A stretch of DNA of 50,973 nucleotides from Acetobacteraceae bacterium (GTDB lineage Bacteria; Pseudomonadota; Alphaproteobacteria; Acetobacterales; Acetobacteraceae). Shown here in pieces: positions 29,512-36,835 of this stretch. The stretch spans positions 1 to 50,973 of the forward strand of contig DAHXNW010000282.1 of assembly GCA_027365195.1 (NCBI GenBank), in the 5' to 3' direction. The notes under the pieces are model-generated. The model had not been told where the DNA came from. It was given only the letters and a program-made list of their open reading frames with translations, and ran no database searches. Positions within the stretch are counted from its first letter, which is position 1; every line of letters begins with the position of its first letter. Made by a program: the position numbers and the translations under genes.

Positions 29512-29596
29512 GTCCGCACCTTCCCGCGCCCCCACCCGGCCACCCAGGCCAGGATACTGAATGGGTCGCCGGGTGGGGATGCGGGAAGGTGCAGAC
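29512..29596. repeat. Palindromic intergenic repeat, copy 2
   Basis: Left arm GTCCGCACCTTCCCGCGCCCCCACCCGGCCACCCA, loop GGCCAGGATACTGAA, right arm TGGGTCGCCGGGTGGGGATGCGGGAAGGTGCAGAC. Four mismatches in 35 bp. Lies inside the minus-strand operon between the PlsC-like stop and the GT2 start. Confidence 0.8.
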
Positions 29597-29615
29597 TCAC
29601 CTTGAACCTGGCACG

Positions 29616-30413
29616 TTAGCGCCGGCCGGCGTCGAGCGCGTCGCGCACGTGCCGCTCCACTTCGGCGGCGAGCCGCTGGGAGGTGCTGCCGCCGGGATGC
29701 GCGCTGGCGGCGAAGCGCTGGCCGAGACGCAGGCGAAAACCGAGCGGCGCGCGCGGCGCCTGCCACAGCCGCCAGCCGGGCCGCGGCGGGGTCATTTCGA
29801 TGAGCACCACCTGTATCGGCGCCCCGGCGAGGCGGGCGATGGCGGCGAAGCCGGGCTTGAAGGCGCCGAGGCCGGCGCCGTTGCTGCGCGTGCCCTCGGG
29901 GAAAATCAGCAATGTCTGCCCCTGCCGCAGGGCGGCGGCGGCGGTGCGGATCATACCGGCCGGCGAATCGTTACGAATATAGCCGGCGAGCCGCGCGCCG
30001 CCGCGCAGCAGCGGGTTGCGCCAGAGGCTCGCCTTGCCGATGCACACCGCGCGCGGCAGGCGCGAGATCAGCAGCATCGCATCGAGCAGCGAAGGATGGT
30101 TGGCGACGACGATGAACCCCGATTGCGCGGCCAGCGCATCGAGAGCGGCAAGCTCGCAGCGCAGCAGCCCGCAGCGTTGCAGCAGGCTCACCGCACAGCG
30201 TGCCGCCGCCATGATCACGCGCTGGCCGATCGCCGCGCCTTGCCGGCGTGGCAGTAGACGGAGCGGCGGCGCCAGGATCAGGCTCCACAGCAGGGCGGTC
30301 GCGGCAAAGGCGGCGAGACCGAGGTAAAATCCCAGATGCACTGAGGCGACGCGCAGCCATCGCCCGAGCGGCGGGCGGCCGTCGCGCACGGTCAGAACGG
30401 CTTCGACCTGCAT
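29616..30413 (-). CDS. 1-acyl-sn-glycerol-3-phosphate acyltransferase-like (PlsC/LPLAT family)
   Basis: Motifs VVANHPSLLD (HxxxxD) and LLIFPEGTRS. Start chosen at ATG 30413, with GGGAGGA about 10 nt upstream. The track ORF starts at GTG 30461. Confidence 0.75.
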   Translation of the reverse strand: MQVEAVLTVRDGRPPLGRWLRVASVHLGFYLGLAAFAATALLWSLILAPPLRLLPRRQGAAIGQRVIMAAARCAVSLLQRCGLLRCELAALDALAAQSGFIVVANHPSLLDAMLLISRLPRAVCIGKASLWRNPLLRGGARLAGYIRNDSPAGMIRTAAAALRQGQTLLIFPEGTRSNGAGLGAFKPGFAAIARLAGAPIQVVLIEMTPPRPGWRLWQAPRAPLGFRLRLGQRFAASAHPGGSTSQRLAAEVERHVRDALDAGRR

Positions 30414-30504
30414 CCTCACGCAATCCTCCCGCGCGGGTTGTATCAGTTCCCCTCGCGGCACGCCAAATCAGCGCTGGCCTGTTGTCTTGCTGATGTGTCG
30501 GAGA

Positions 30505-31101
30505 TCAATAGGCTGGATAATTTCCTCTGAGAACTACCAGCGCATTGTTAGATTTTTCGCTATAGGGAGAAGTGCCGAAGGCACCGACCTGTTGCCAGCC
30601 GGATGCTGCATGTTGAAAATACGTCAGACCATGCATGATGTTTTGTCCCCAACTGCCCATGGCAGCATGCTTTTCGCTCTGAAACCAGGTGTGCGGACCG
30701 GCAATACCGCCGAAGTTGTGCGATATACCGACCAGAAACACACCGGCTCCTTCCAGATAAATCTCGTACTGTTCAACGTCGGACTGATGTGAGGATCCGC
30801 TGAGAGGGCCGGTACGCGGCGCAGTCCGCAGGCCTGGATTGTGGCGCCACAGGCTATAATATACACCATCGTCGCCAGAAATTCTGATATTGGCACCATT
30901 GTAGACCAGAGCGCCGCCTACGACGAAGGGCATTTGTGTCAAGTCGCCCTGGGCATGAGACGCCCGGTAGAGTGCTCTCAGGAAATTACTCAGGCGTTGT
31001 TCTTCGGTGCTGAAATTCAGATTGATCAAGCGATTGTAATTGGCCGTTGCGGTAGCGTTACCACCTCCTTCGGCACCGTCTGGTCCATCATGCGGCATCA
31101 T
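30505..31101 (-). CDS. Hypothetical protein, low-GC orphan (about 198 aa, no Cys, no signal peptide seen)
   Basis: Open frame in a segment whose sampled 60-nt lines are roughly 47-53 % GC by hand count, clearly AT-richer than the flanks. Start proposed at the tandem ATG ATG 31101/31098, directly after GGAGGG. No family recognised. Confidence 0.5.
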   Translation of the reverse strand: MMPHDGPDGAEGGGNATATANYNRLINLNFSTEEQRLSNFLRALYRASHAQGDLTQMPFVVGGALVYNGANIRISGDDGVYYSLWRHNPGLRTAPRTGPLSGSSHQSDVEQYEIYLEGAGVFLVGISHNFGGIAGPHTWFQSEKHAAMGSWGQNIMHGLTYFQHAASGWQQVGAFGTSPYSEKSNNALVVLRGNYPAY

Positions 31102-31174
31102 CGCCCTCCACAAAAAATCATGGGTTAACTGAATTTCTATTTGTAGTAATCTTGATTTTGTTGAAAAAATCACT

Positions 31175-32698
31175 TCAGTGGCCGATATCTCGTCTAAGCC
31201 GCCAAAGCGGGTCGGCTTCCTCGATTTCCCTCTCCAGCAAGGCGGCGAGCCGCGCCCGCTCCTCGCCATCCGCCTGTGGCAGCAGTTCCTCCGCCCAGCG
31301 CGCCGGCATCGCCCGGCCGCCGCTCTCCTGTAGCCGGACGTGCATGAACACGTGCAGCGCGCGCAGTGAGATGCCGTTACCGAGCCGGCTGTCGGCCAGC
31401 GCCAGCCCGACGTTCAACTGGTCCGGCCGGACCAGGCGGCGCAGCGTCAATGCATTGAAGCGCCGATCCGCCGCCGCATCGCCGGCGTTCGCGGAGACGG
31501 CGCGCGCGGCGACCGGAATCGCCTGGCCGGAGCCGATCAGCATGCCGACGAGTTCGGCCGGATTGTCGCGCCGGCCGCGCAGGCCGGGCAGCGCCAGCAA
31601 GTCACGCACCGCATGCGGCCGCTGCCCGAGCGCCTCGACGATGGGGCGGTAGAATTCCGGCGCCATCGCCGCCTCACCCACCGGCACGTCGGTTTCGTAG
31701 CGAAACCGCGCCGGCTGGCCGCGCAGCGCCAGCACCACCTCGCCGAGCGCCGCGTTGCGCCGCACTGGATCGAGCCGCACGCCGCCACGCACGAACACAT
31801 CGTTGCGCAGCGCGCGTTCGAGGCACATGTCCTTCAGCAACTCGACCATCGCTGGGTCGTCGAGCCGGTCGAGCAGCGCCCGCTGCGCCTCGCTCAGGGT
31901 CAGCTCGCGGAAATTCTCCAGCAGATTGGCCGAGGCGACGAAGTCGAGCTTGGCGGCGGCGAGGTCGGCGGCGACATCGGCGTGAAAGGCCGGCGACCAG
32001 TGCGCGTTCATGAATTCATGCGCCAGATAGGCGGGCGGCATGTCGTCGATTTTCTTCAGTAGCGCGGCGGCCAGGGGGCTTGTGGCGATATGCAGGGCAC
32101 CGGCGGCCATCGCCTCGCCGAGGAGTGCGGCGCCAGCGCGTGCCTGCCGGTCGCTGTGGCCGGGGCTGCGCTGCCCGGCTTCGCGCAGCAGCCGTTGCAT
32201 GCCGATCGCTCCCTGCCAGGCCGGCAGCGCGTTATAGCTCACCTGCGCAATACCGCCGGTGCGCAGCCGGGCGCGCAGCAGGCCCACGATCCCGGCGCGC
32301 ACCGCCGGCGAGACCCAGCTCCACACGCCATGCAGGCTCACGATATCGACCTCCGGCAGCACTGCCGTGGTGGCAGCGACATCGGCCAGATCGGCTTCGA
32401 GGAAGCGGATGTTGGCAAGCCCGGCCTCGCGCGCCATCGCCTGCGCGCCGGCGATGTGGCTGGGATTGAAATCGAGCGCGAAGATGCGCCACTGCGGATT
32501 GCTCGCCGCCAGCACCAGCGCGCCGAAGCCCTGGCCGCAGCCGAGTTCGAGATAGGTGAGTGCCGCACCCTCCGACAGATCGGGTGGTGCCATATTGCCG
32601 AGCAGGCAGGCGACGGCCAGATGATGCGGCGATTGCGGCGGGTAATATCCCGCCATATAGGCGATATCGGCGACGTAGCCGTCAGTCCAGCCATTCAT
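31175..32698 (-). CDS. Class I SAM-dependent methyltransferase with C-terminal methyltransferase-regulatory-type domain (PF10119-like)
   Basis: 507 aa from the internal ATG 32698 of track ORF 31175..33115. N-terminus MNGWTDGYVADIAYMAGYY, SAM motif I YLELGCGQGFG, then a long helical C-terminal region. ATGA overlap with the tssG stop. Confidence 0.7.
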   Translation of the reverse strand: MNGWTDGYVADIAYMAGYYPPQSPHHLAVACLLGNMAPPDLSEGAALTYLELGCGQGFGALVLAASNPQWRIFALDFNPSHIAGAQAMAREAGLANIRFLEADLADVAATTAVLPEVDIVSLHGVWSWVSPAVRAGIVGLLRARLRTGGIAQVSYNALPAWQGAIGMQRLLREAGQRSPGHSDRQARAGAALLGEAMAAGALHIATSPLAAALLKKIDDMPPAYLAHEFMNAHWSPAFHADVAADLAAAKLDFVASANLLENFRELTLSEAQRALLDRLDDPAMVELLKDMCLERALRNDVFVRGGVRLDPVRRNAALGEVVLALRGQPARFRYETDVPVGEAAMAPEFYRPIVEALGQRPHAVRDLLALPGLRGRRDNPAELVGMLIGSGQAIPVAARAVSANAGDAAADRRFNALTLRRLVRPDQLNVGLALADSRLGNGISLRALHVFMHVRLQESGGRAMPARWAEELLPQADGEERARLAALLEREIEEADPLWRLRRDIGH

Positions 32699-33699
32699 AC
32701 CGCTGCCTCCACGCGTTCCGCCTCGAACATCGCCTCCGCCGCGTCCGCCCGCGCGCCGACGCGCGGCAGCCAACTGGTCCAGCCCAGCCGGGATGGTGCC
32801 GCGCCGCCGAGGCAGAGGGGTGGCACCGCATCGCCGGCGAGCACCAGATTGACGGCGAAACCGGTCTGCAGGCCGAGAAACGCCCGCACCAGGGAGACGA
32901 AGCGGTGCAGCCCAGGCTCGCCCGGCAGCAGGGCGGCGAAAGCCTCGGCGCCGAGCGGGCCGACGCGCAGCACGATGCGCGCCTGCGCATCCCACGCCCG
33001 CACGCCGATCGCGGCATCGACGCCCAATCGGTTCCAGCGCCCCGGCTCCCGCCCGGCCGCTAGCGCGCTGCGCTCGTCCGGCGGCAGCGGCATCCAGGCG
33101 CCGGCGAACTGGCACACTTCCACCGGGCGGCCGAGCCAGTCCGACGCCAACGCCGCCAGTCGTTCGGCCGAGCGCGGCGCGCCGGCCAGCAGACCGGCAT
33201 AGTGCAGCACCGCCGCCTCACCGACGGCGAGGCGCGGCAGCAACTGCGCGGTGCCATAGCCGGTGAAGGCGAGCAGCGCCTGCGCCACCGGGTCGGCGGC
33301 CGGCGGTTCGGCCAGGGTGGCGGCCTCGGCGGCACGCGCCGGGCGGTATTTCATCCCGGCGCGGGCGAACATCGCCACCAGCCGCTCGGCCAGCAGATCG
33401 AGGAAATCATGCAGCGCGTGCGAGCGCTGACGCAGCGCGAGGCCGAGCATCTCGGTATAATAGCGCGGCAGCGTGCCGGAGGCGCCGGTGAGGCCGAGCA
33501 GCGCCACGCTGAGTTGCGGCGGCGTGCCGGGCCGTGCCGCGGTAACTTCGGCGGGTGGGAAGGCGAGGCCGGGCTGGCTGCGAAACCGCGCCGCCCGCGC
33601 CGGATCGGCGGTGCGCGCGGCGTGCAGCAGAATGCGCACCGCCGCATCGAAGCGGAACCGGCGTGGTCGCGCGAGCAGCGCGTCGAGCAGGGGGGTCAT
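32695..33699 (-). CDS. tssG: Type VI secretion baseplate protein TssG (ImpH)
   Basis: 334 aa from the internal ATG 33699 (MTPLLDALLARPRRFRFDAAVRIL...). TssG-like blocks LPRYYTE and FLDLLAERL. ATGA overlap with the tssF stop. Confidence 0.8.
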   Translation of the reverse strand: MTPLLDALLARPRRFRFDAAVRILLHAARTADPARAARFRSQPGLAFPPAEVTAARPGTPPQLSVALLGLTGASGTLPRYYTEMLGLALRQRSHALHDFLDLLAERLVAMFARAGMKYRPARAAEAATLAEPPAADPVAQALLAFTGYGTAQLLPRLAVGEAAVLHYAGLLAGAPRSAERLAALASDWLGRPVEVCQFAGAWMPLPPDERSALAAGREPGRWNRLGVDAAIGVRAWDAQARIVLRVGPLGAEAFAALLPGEPGLHRFVSLVRAFLGLQTGFAVNLVLAGDAVPPLCLGGAAPSRLGWTSWLPRVGARADAAEAMFEAERVEAAV

Positions 33700-35519
33700 A
33701 ACAGCGTCTGGCTGCCGGCGCGCGCCGGCCAGCGCCCGGCGTCGCCCGGCCGGCCGCGCAGCGTCGCCCGTGTGCGCACGAAGGCGTTCACCGAGGCGTG
33801 CAGTGCGAGGAAGCGCTCCAGCACGCTCGCGAGCAGATAGAGGCCGCTGCTCTGCCAGGCGCGCGGGTCGAATTCCAAGGTGACATCGAGCCCACGACAG
33901 AAGCCACCGGCCCGGCCGCCCGGCACCCGTGCGGTGCCGGGTGTGGCCGAGACGGCGAGCAGGCCGGCGATCGCATCCTGCGTCTCGGCCGAGCCGCGTA
34001 GATCGTAGAGCCGCAGCACTTCCTTCAAGGCTTCCGCGCCTGCCTCGCCGCCGACCAGGGAGAGATGGCCGAGCGAGAGATGCGAGATCAGCCGCCAGAA
34101 GCCACGCTCGCGCAGCACCGGGCGCAGCGTTGGTGTCGGTGGCGTGAGGCAACTACACCGCAGCACCGCCGCCGAAGCCTCGACCAAGGCGAGGCGCGGA
34201 TGGCCGCCGCCGAACGGCAGATCGGCCGGCAGATCGCGGTTGAGGCAGAGCGCGTCGATCGAGAGCACGCCATCGGCCGGCTGCGCCGGATCGAAGGCCG
34301 GATCGTAGGGGGCGATGAAGGTCTCGCTGCCGCGCAACGGGGCGGCGGCGACGCGCGGGATGGTCTGGAAATAGCCGCCCGGCGCGGCGCCGTCGGCATC
34401 GCCATGCGTCAGCCGGTAAAACGGCCGCCACGGCCGGCTGCTGCCGTCAGGCCGGCTCTCGCGCACCCGCTCGATGCCCCACACCTCCATCGCGCGCGGT
34501 CGGCGCGCATCGGGCACGACGCGGTATTCGGTCTCGCGATGGCTGAGCGCGACCGGCTCGCAGCGCTGGCTGAACAGATTGATCGCCGGCACGCAGCCGA
34601 GGGCGAGCGCCTCGCCATCCACCACGCGCTCCAACTCCGGGAGCGCGCGGTTGAGATAGACGAAAATCTCCATCCGATTGCCGCTGGCGAGCAGCGTTTT
34701 GGCGTCCAGCCCGGTGATGTCGAGGAAGCGGAATTTTTCCGGGAAGGCGAAATACTCGGCGAGCAGACGAAACCCCGCGAAACTGCGCCTCGGCCAGGGC
34801 AGCAGCGCCTCCTCCGGCGCGAAGCCGGCCGGGGCGATCGCCTCGCGCGGCAGAATCACCGGCAGCGTATCCTGCGGGCCGTCGGCGCAGGCGATCGAGA
34901 TCGTGTGCGCCGCCAGCAGCGCGTATAACTCGAGGGCACTCTGCGCCGGGCCGCGCAGATAAAAGCGCAGCCGGTCGATGCCGAGTTGTGCGAGGCTCGT
35001 CTGCGGATTGGTGCAGCGCAGCGCGATGCGCAGCACCGCGACGGCGCCGGGCGCGCGCGGGTTGGCCGGTGCCGCGAGCGGCAGGCCGGAGAGGCGCACG
35101 CTCTCGATCTCCACCGGCCAGAGCGTGAGCGGGGCGGCGGTGCGAAAGCGACAGCTTTCCCCGCGCACCGGCTCGGTATCGATCGCGAGGCCACGCGGCA
35201 AGTGCGTCGGCACCAGCAGATCGGGCTGGGCGGTGAACTGTGCGATGGTGCAGGAGGGGGTGGGCGCCAGGTAATGCGGATAGAGCACGCCGAGCAGCGC
35301 ATCGGTCAGCTCGGGGAATTCGTCGTCGAGCCGGTGGTGTACGCGCGCGGCGAGGAAAGCGACCCCTTCGAGCAGCCGCTCGACATGTGGATCGTCCACC
35401 GCCTCGGCCGACAGCCGTAGCCGGCCGGCGATTTTGGGGTGGTCGGCAGCGAACTCCCCGGCCAGCCGGCGCAGGGCGGCGAGCTCGCGGTTGTAGTAGG
35501 GCAGCAGGGCGTCAGACAT
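33696..35519 (-). CDS. tssF: Type VI secretion baseplate protein TssF (ImpG/VasA)
   Basis: 607 aa. N-terminus LLPYYNRELAALRRLAGEFAADHPKIAGRL and DPHVERLLEGVAFLAARV are typical TssF blocks. Confidence 0.9.
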   Translation of the reverse strand: MSDALLPYYNRELAALRRLAGEFAADHPKIAGRLRLSAEAVDDPHVERLLEGVAFLAARVHHRLDDEFPELTDALLGVLYPHYLAPTPSCTIAQFTAQPDLLVPTHLPRGLAIDTEPVRGESCRFRTAAPLTLWPVEIESVRLSGLPLAAPANPRAPGAVAVLRIALRCTNPQTSLAQLGIDRLRFYLRGPAQSALELYALLAAHTISIACADGPQDTLPVILPREAIAPAGFAPEEALLPWPRRSFAGFRLLAEYFAFPEKFRFLDITGLDAKTLLASGNRMEIFVYLNRALPELERVVDGEALALGCVPAINLFSQRCEPVALSHRETEYRVVPDARRPRAMEVWGIERVRESRPDGSSRPWRPFYRLTHGDADGAAPGGYFQTIPRVAAAPLRGSETFIAPYDPAFDPAQPADGVLSIDALCLNRDLPADLPFGGGHPRLALVEASAAVLRCSCLTPPTPTLRPVLRERGFWRLISHLSLGHLSLVGGEAGAEALKEVLRLYDLRGSAETQDAIAGLLAVSATPGTARVPGGRAGGFCRGLDVTLEFDPRAWQSSGLYLLASVLERFLALHASVNAFVRTRATLRGRPGDAGRWPARAGSQTLL

Positions 35520-36018
35520 CGTCGCGCGTTCGCACCGTCACATCGGCGGTCGTCGGGTCGATCATGGTGTCGAAGGCGATCGGCTCGGGGGCCGGATCGG
35601 CGTGCAGCAGCGCCTCGACACGCAGCCGCAGCGTTGCCTCCAACTGGTCGGTGTTGTCGAGCAGGCTCACCTGCACGCGCGCGAAGCGTGGCTCGAAGCG
35701 GCGGATGGCGTCCTCGATCTCGGCGCGCAGACGTTCGCGCGCGCGCGGCTCGACGATGCCGCCGGAGCTGAAATCGGGGATGCCATAGCCGAGCGGGGAG
35801 AGGGCGAGTTCGTCGAGGGCGGCCGGCCAGGAGCGCCAACGCCGGCGCGCATTCAGCAGCGCCTCCAGATCGCGCCGCACCGCACGGCGCAGCACCGCCA
35901 TCGCTTCGGCCGGCGCGAGCGGCGCATCGCGCGGCGCATCGGGTGCGTCATCGAGCAGCCGGTCGAGCAGCGGCAACTGCACACGCCCGCCTCCCGCCGC
36001 TTCCCGCTGGCCACTCAT
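35512..36018 (-). CDS. tssE: Type VI secretion baseplate protein TssE (ImpF, gp25-like)
   Basis: 168 aa from the internal ATG 36018. Blocks LLDRLLDD, RRDLEALLN, GIPDFS. ATGA overlap with the tagJ stop and 8-nt overlap with tssF. Confidence 0.8.
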   Translation of the reverse strand: MSGQREAAGGGRVQLPLLDRLLDDAPDAPRDAPLAPAEAMAVLRRAVRRDLEALLNARRRWRSWPAALDELALSPLGYGIPDFSSGGIVEPRARERLRAEIEDAIRRFEPRFARVQVSLLDNTDQLEATLRLRVEALLHADPAPEPIAFDTMIDPTTADVTVRTRDDV

Positions 36019-36821
36019 GCGCCGAAGGTGAGGTCGCTGAGGTCCATGACGTTGCAGGCGTTTTCGCCGAGCAGGAACACCCGCTGCCCGACGCCGCGCA
36101 CCGGGCCGGCGCCCTCCTGCCGCCAATCGGTGGCGCGGCCGAGGCGCAACGTTTCGTCCTCGGTCGCATCGGCGCCGGCATAGATCACCGGCAGATAGAC
36201 ATCGCCATCCGGCCCGTCGAGCACCGACATGCTGGCGCGCCGCCAGGCCAGATCGCGCGGCCGCTTCGGCGGATGAAAGGCGATGCTGGCGACGCGCTCG
36301 GTGGGGATCCAGTAGTATTTGCCGGTGGTGGTCAGAACCTCGAAATAGCCGGCGGCGAGATCGCATGCGTCGCGGCAGTCATCGAAGGCGGTCTCGCCAT
36401 GCCGGCCCGGCGCGCGCGGGCGCAGCGCCTCGGCCTCGGCCGCCGCCTGCGCCGCGCCTGCCGGATCACCGGCGCGCAGGGCGACGAGGGCGGCCAGGGC
36501 GGCGCGTTGCGCCGGCTGTGGCTCGCCGAGGAACTCCGGCAGCCGGCCGTCGCGATAGAGCTGCCGCCGCGCCGTCTCGGCACGCAGCAACTGGCGGAAT
36601 TCGGCGACCACCACGGCGGTCGAGGGGTCGATCTGCGAGGCGGCATCGAGGATCACGTCGGCACGCTCCAGATTGCCGGCGAACAGCAGCATCTCGGCCA
36701 GCAGCACGCGCGCCGCGAGATCGGCTGGTGCTGCGCGCACTGCCTGGCCGGCGGCATCGACGGCGGCGGCGAGCTTGCCGGCACGGAACAGGCTGCCGGC
36801 GGTTGGTGCGCTCTCGGACAT
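36015..36821 (-). CDS. tagJ: Type VI secretion accessory protein TagJ (ImpE family)
   Basis: About 268 aa. TPR-like N-terminal half and conserved C-terminal half (YFEVLTTTGKYYWIP, YLPVIY). Start set at ATG 36821, which has GGGAGG 8 nt upstream. An alternative ATG at 36839 overlaps the impD-like stop. Confidence 0.75.
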   Translation of the reverse strand: MSESAPTAGSLFRAGKLAAAVDAAGQAVRAAPADLAARVLLAEMLLFAGNLERADVILDAASQIDPSTAVVVAEFRQLLRAETARRQLYRDGRLPEFLGEPQPAQRAALAALVALRAGDPAGAAQAAAEAEALRPRAPGRHGETAFDDCRDACDLAAGYFEVLTTTGKYYWIPTERVASIAFHPPKRPRDLAWRRASMSVLDGPDGDVYLPVIYAGADATEDETLRLGRATDWRQEGAGPVRGVGQRVFLLGENACNVMDLSDLTFGA

Positions 36822-36835
36822 GCGATCTTCCTCCC

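Noticed and set aside
30505-31101. Possible ADP-ribosyltransferase (R / S-S / QxE) or RNase Sa-like (YY..PG.RT..R) motifs in the orphan ORF
   Set aside because: The candidate R, SS and EQYE elements are far too closely spaced for an ART fold. The RNase-like stretch lacks the catalytic Glu (YYSLW instead of Y-x-E-aromatic). I treat both as chance resemblances, and only profile or structure searches could say more.
31102-31269. N-terminal 56-codon extension of the orphan ORF as given in the track (start at 31269)
   Set aside because: The extension runs through the AT-rich upstream region and into the methyltransferase 3' end. The tandem ATG at 31101/31098 has a GGAGGG ribosome-binding site, so the shorter form is more plausible.
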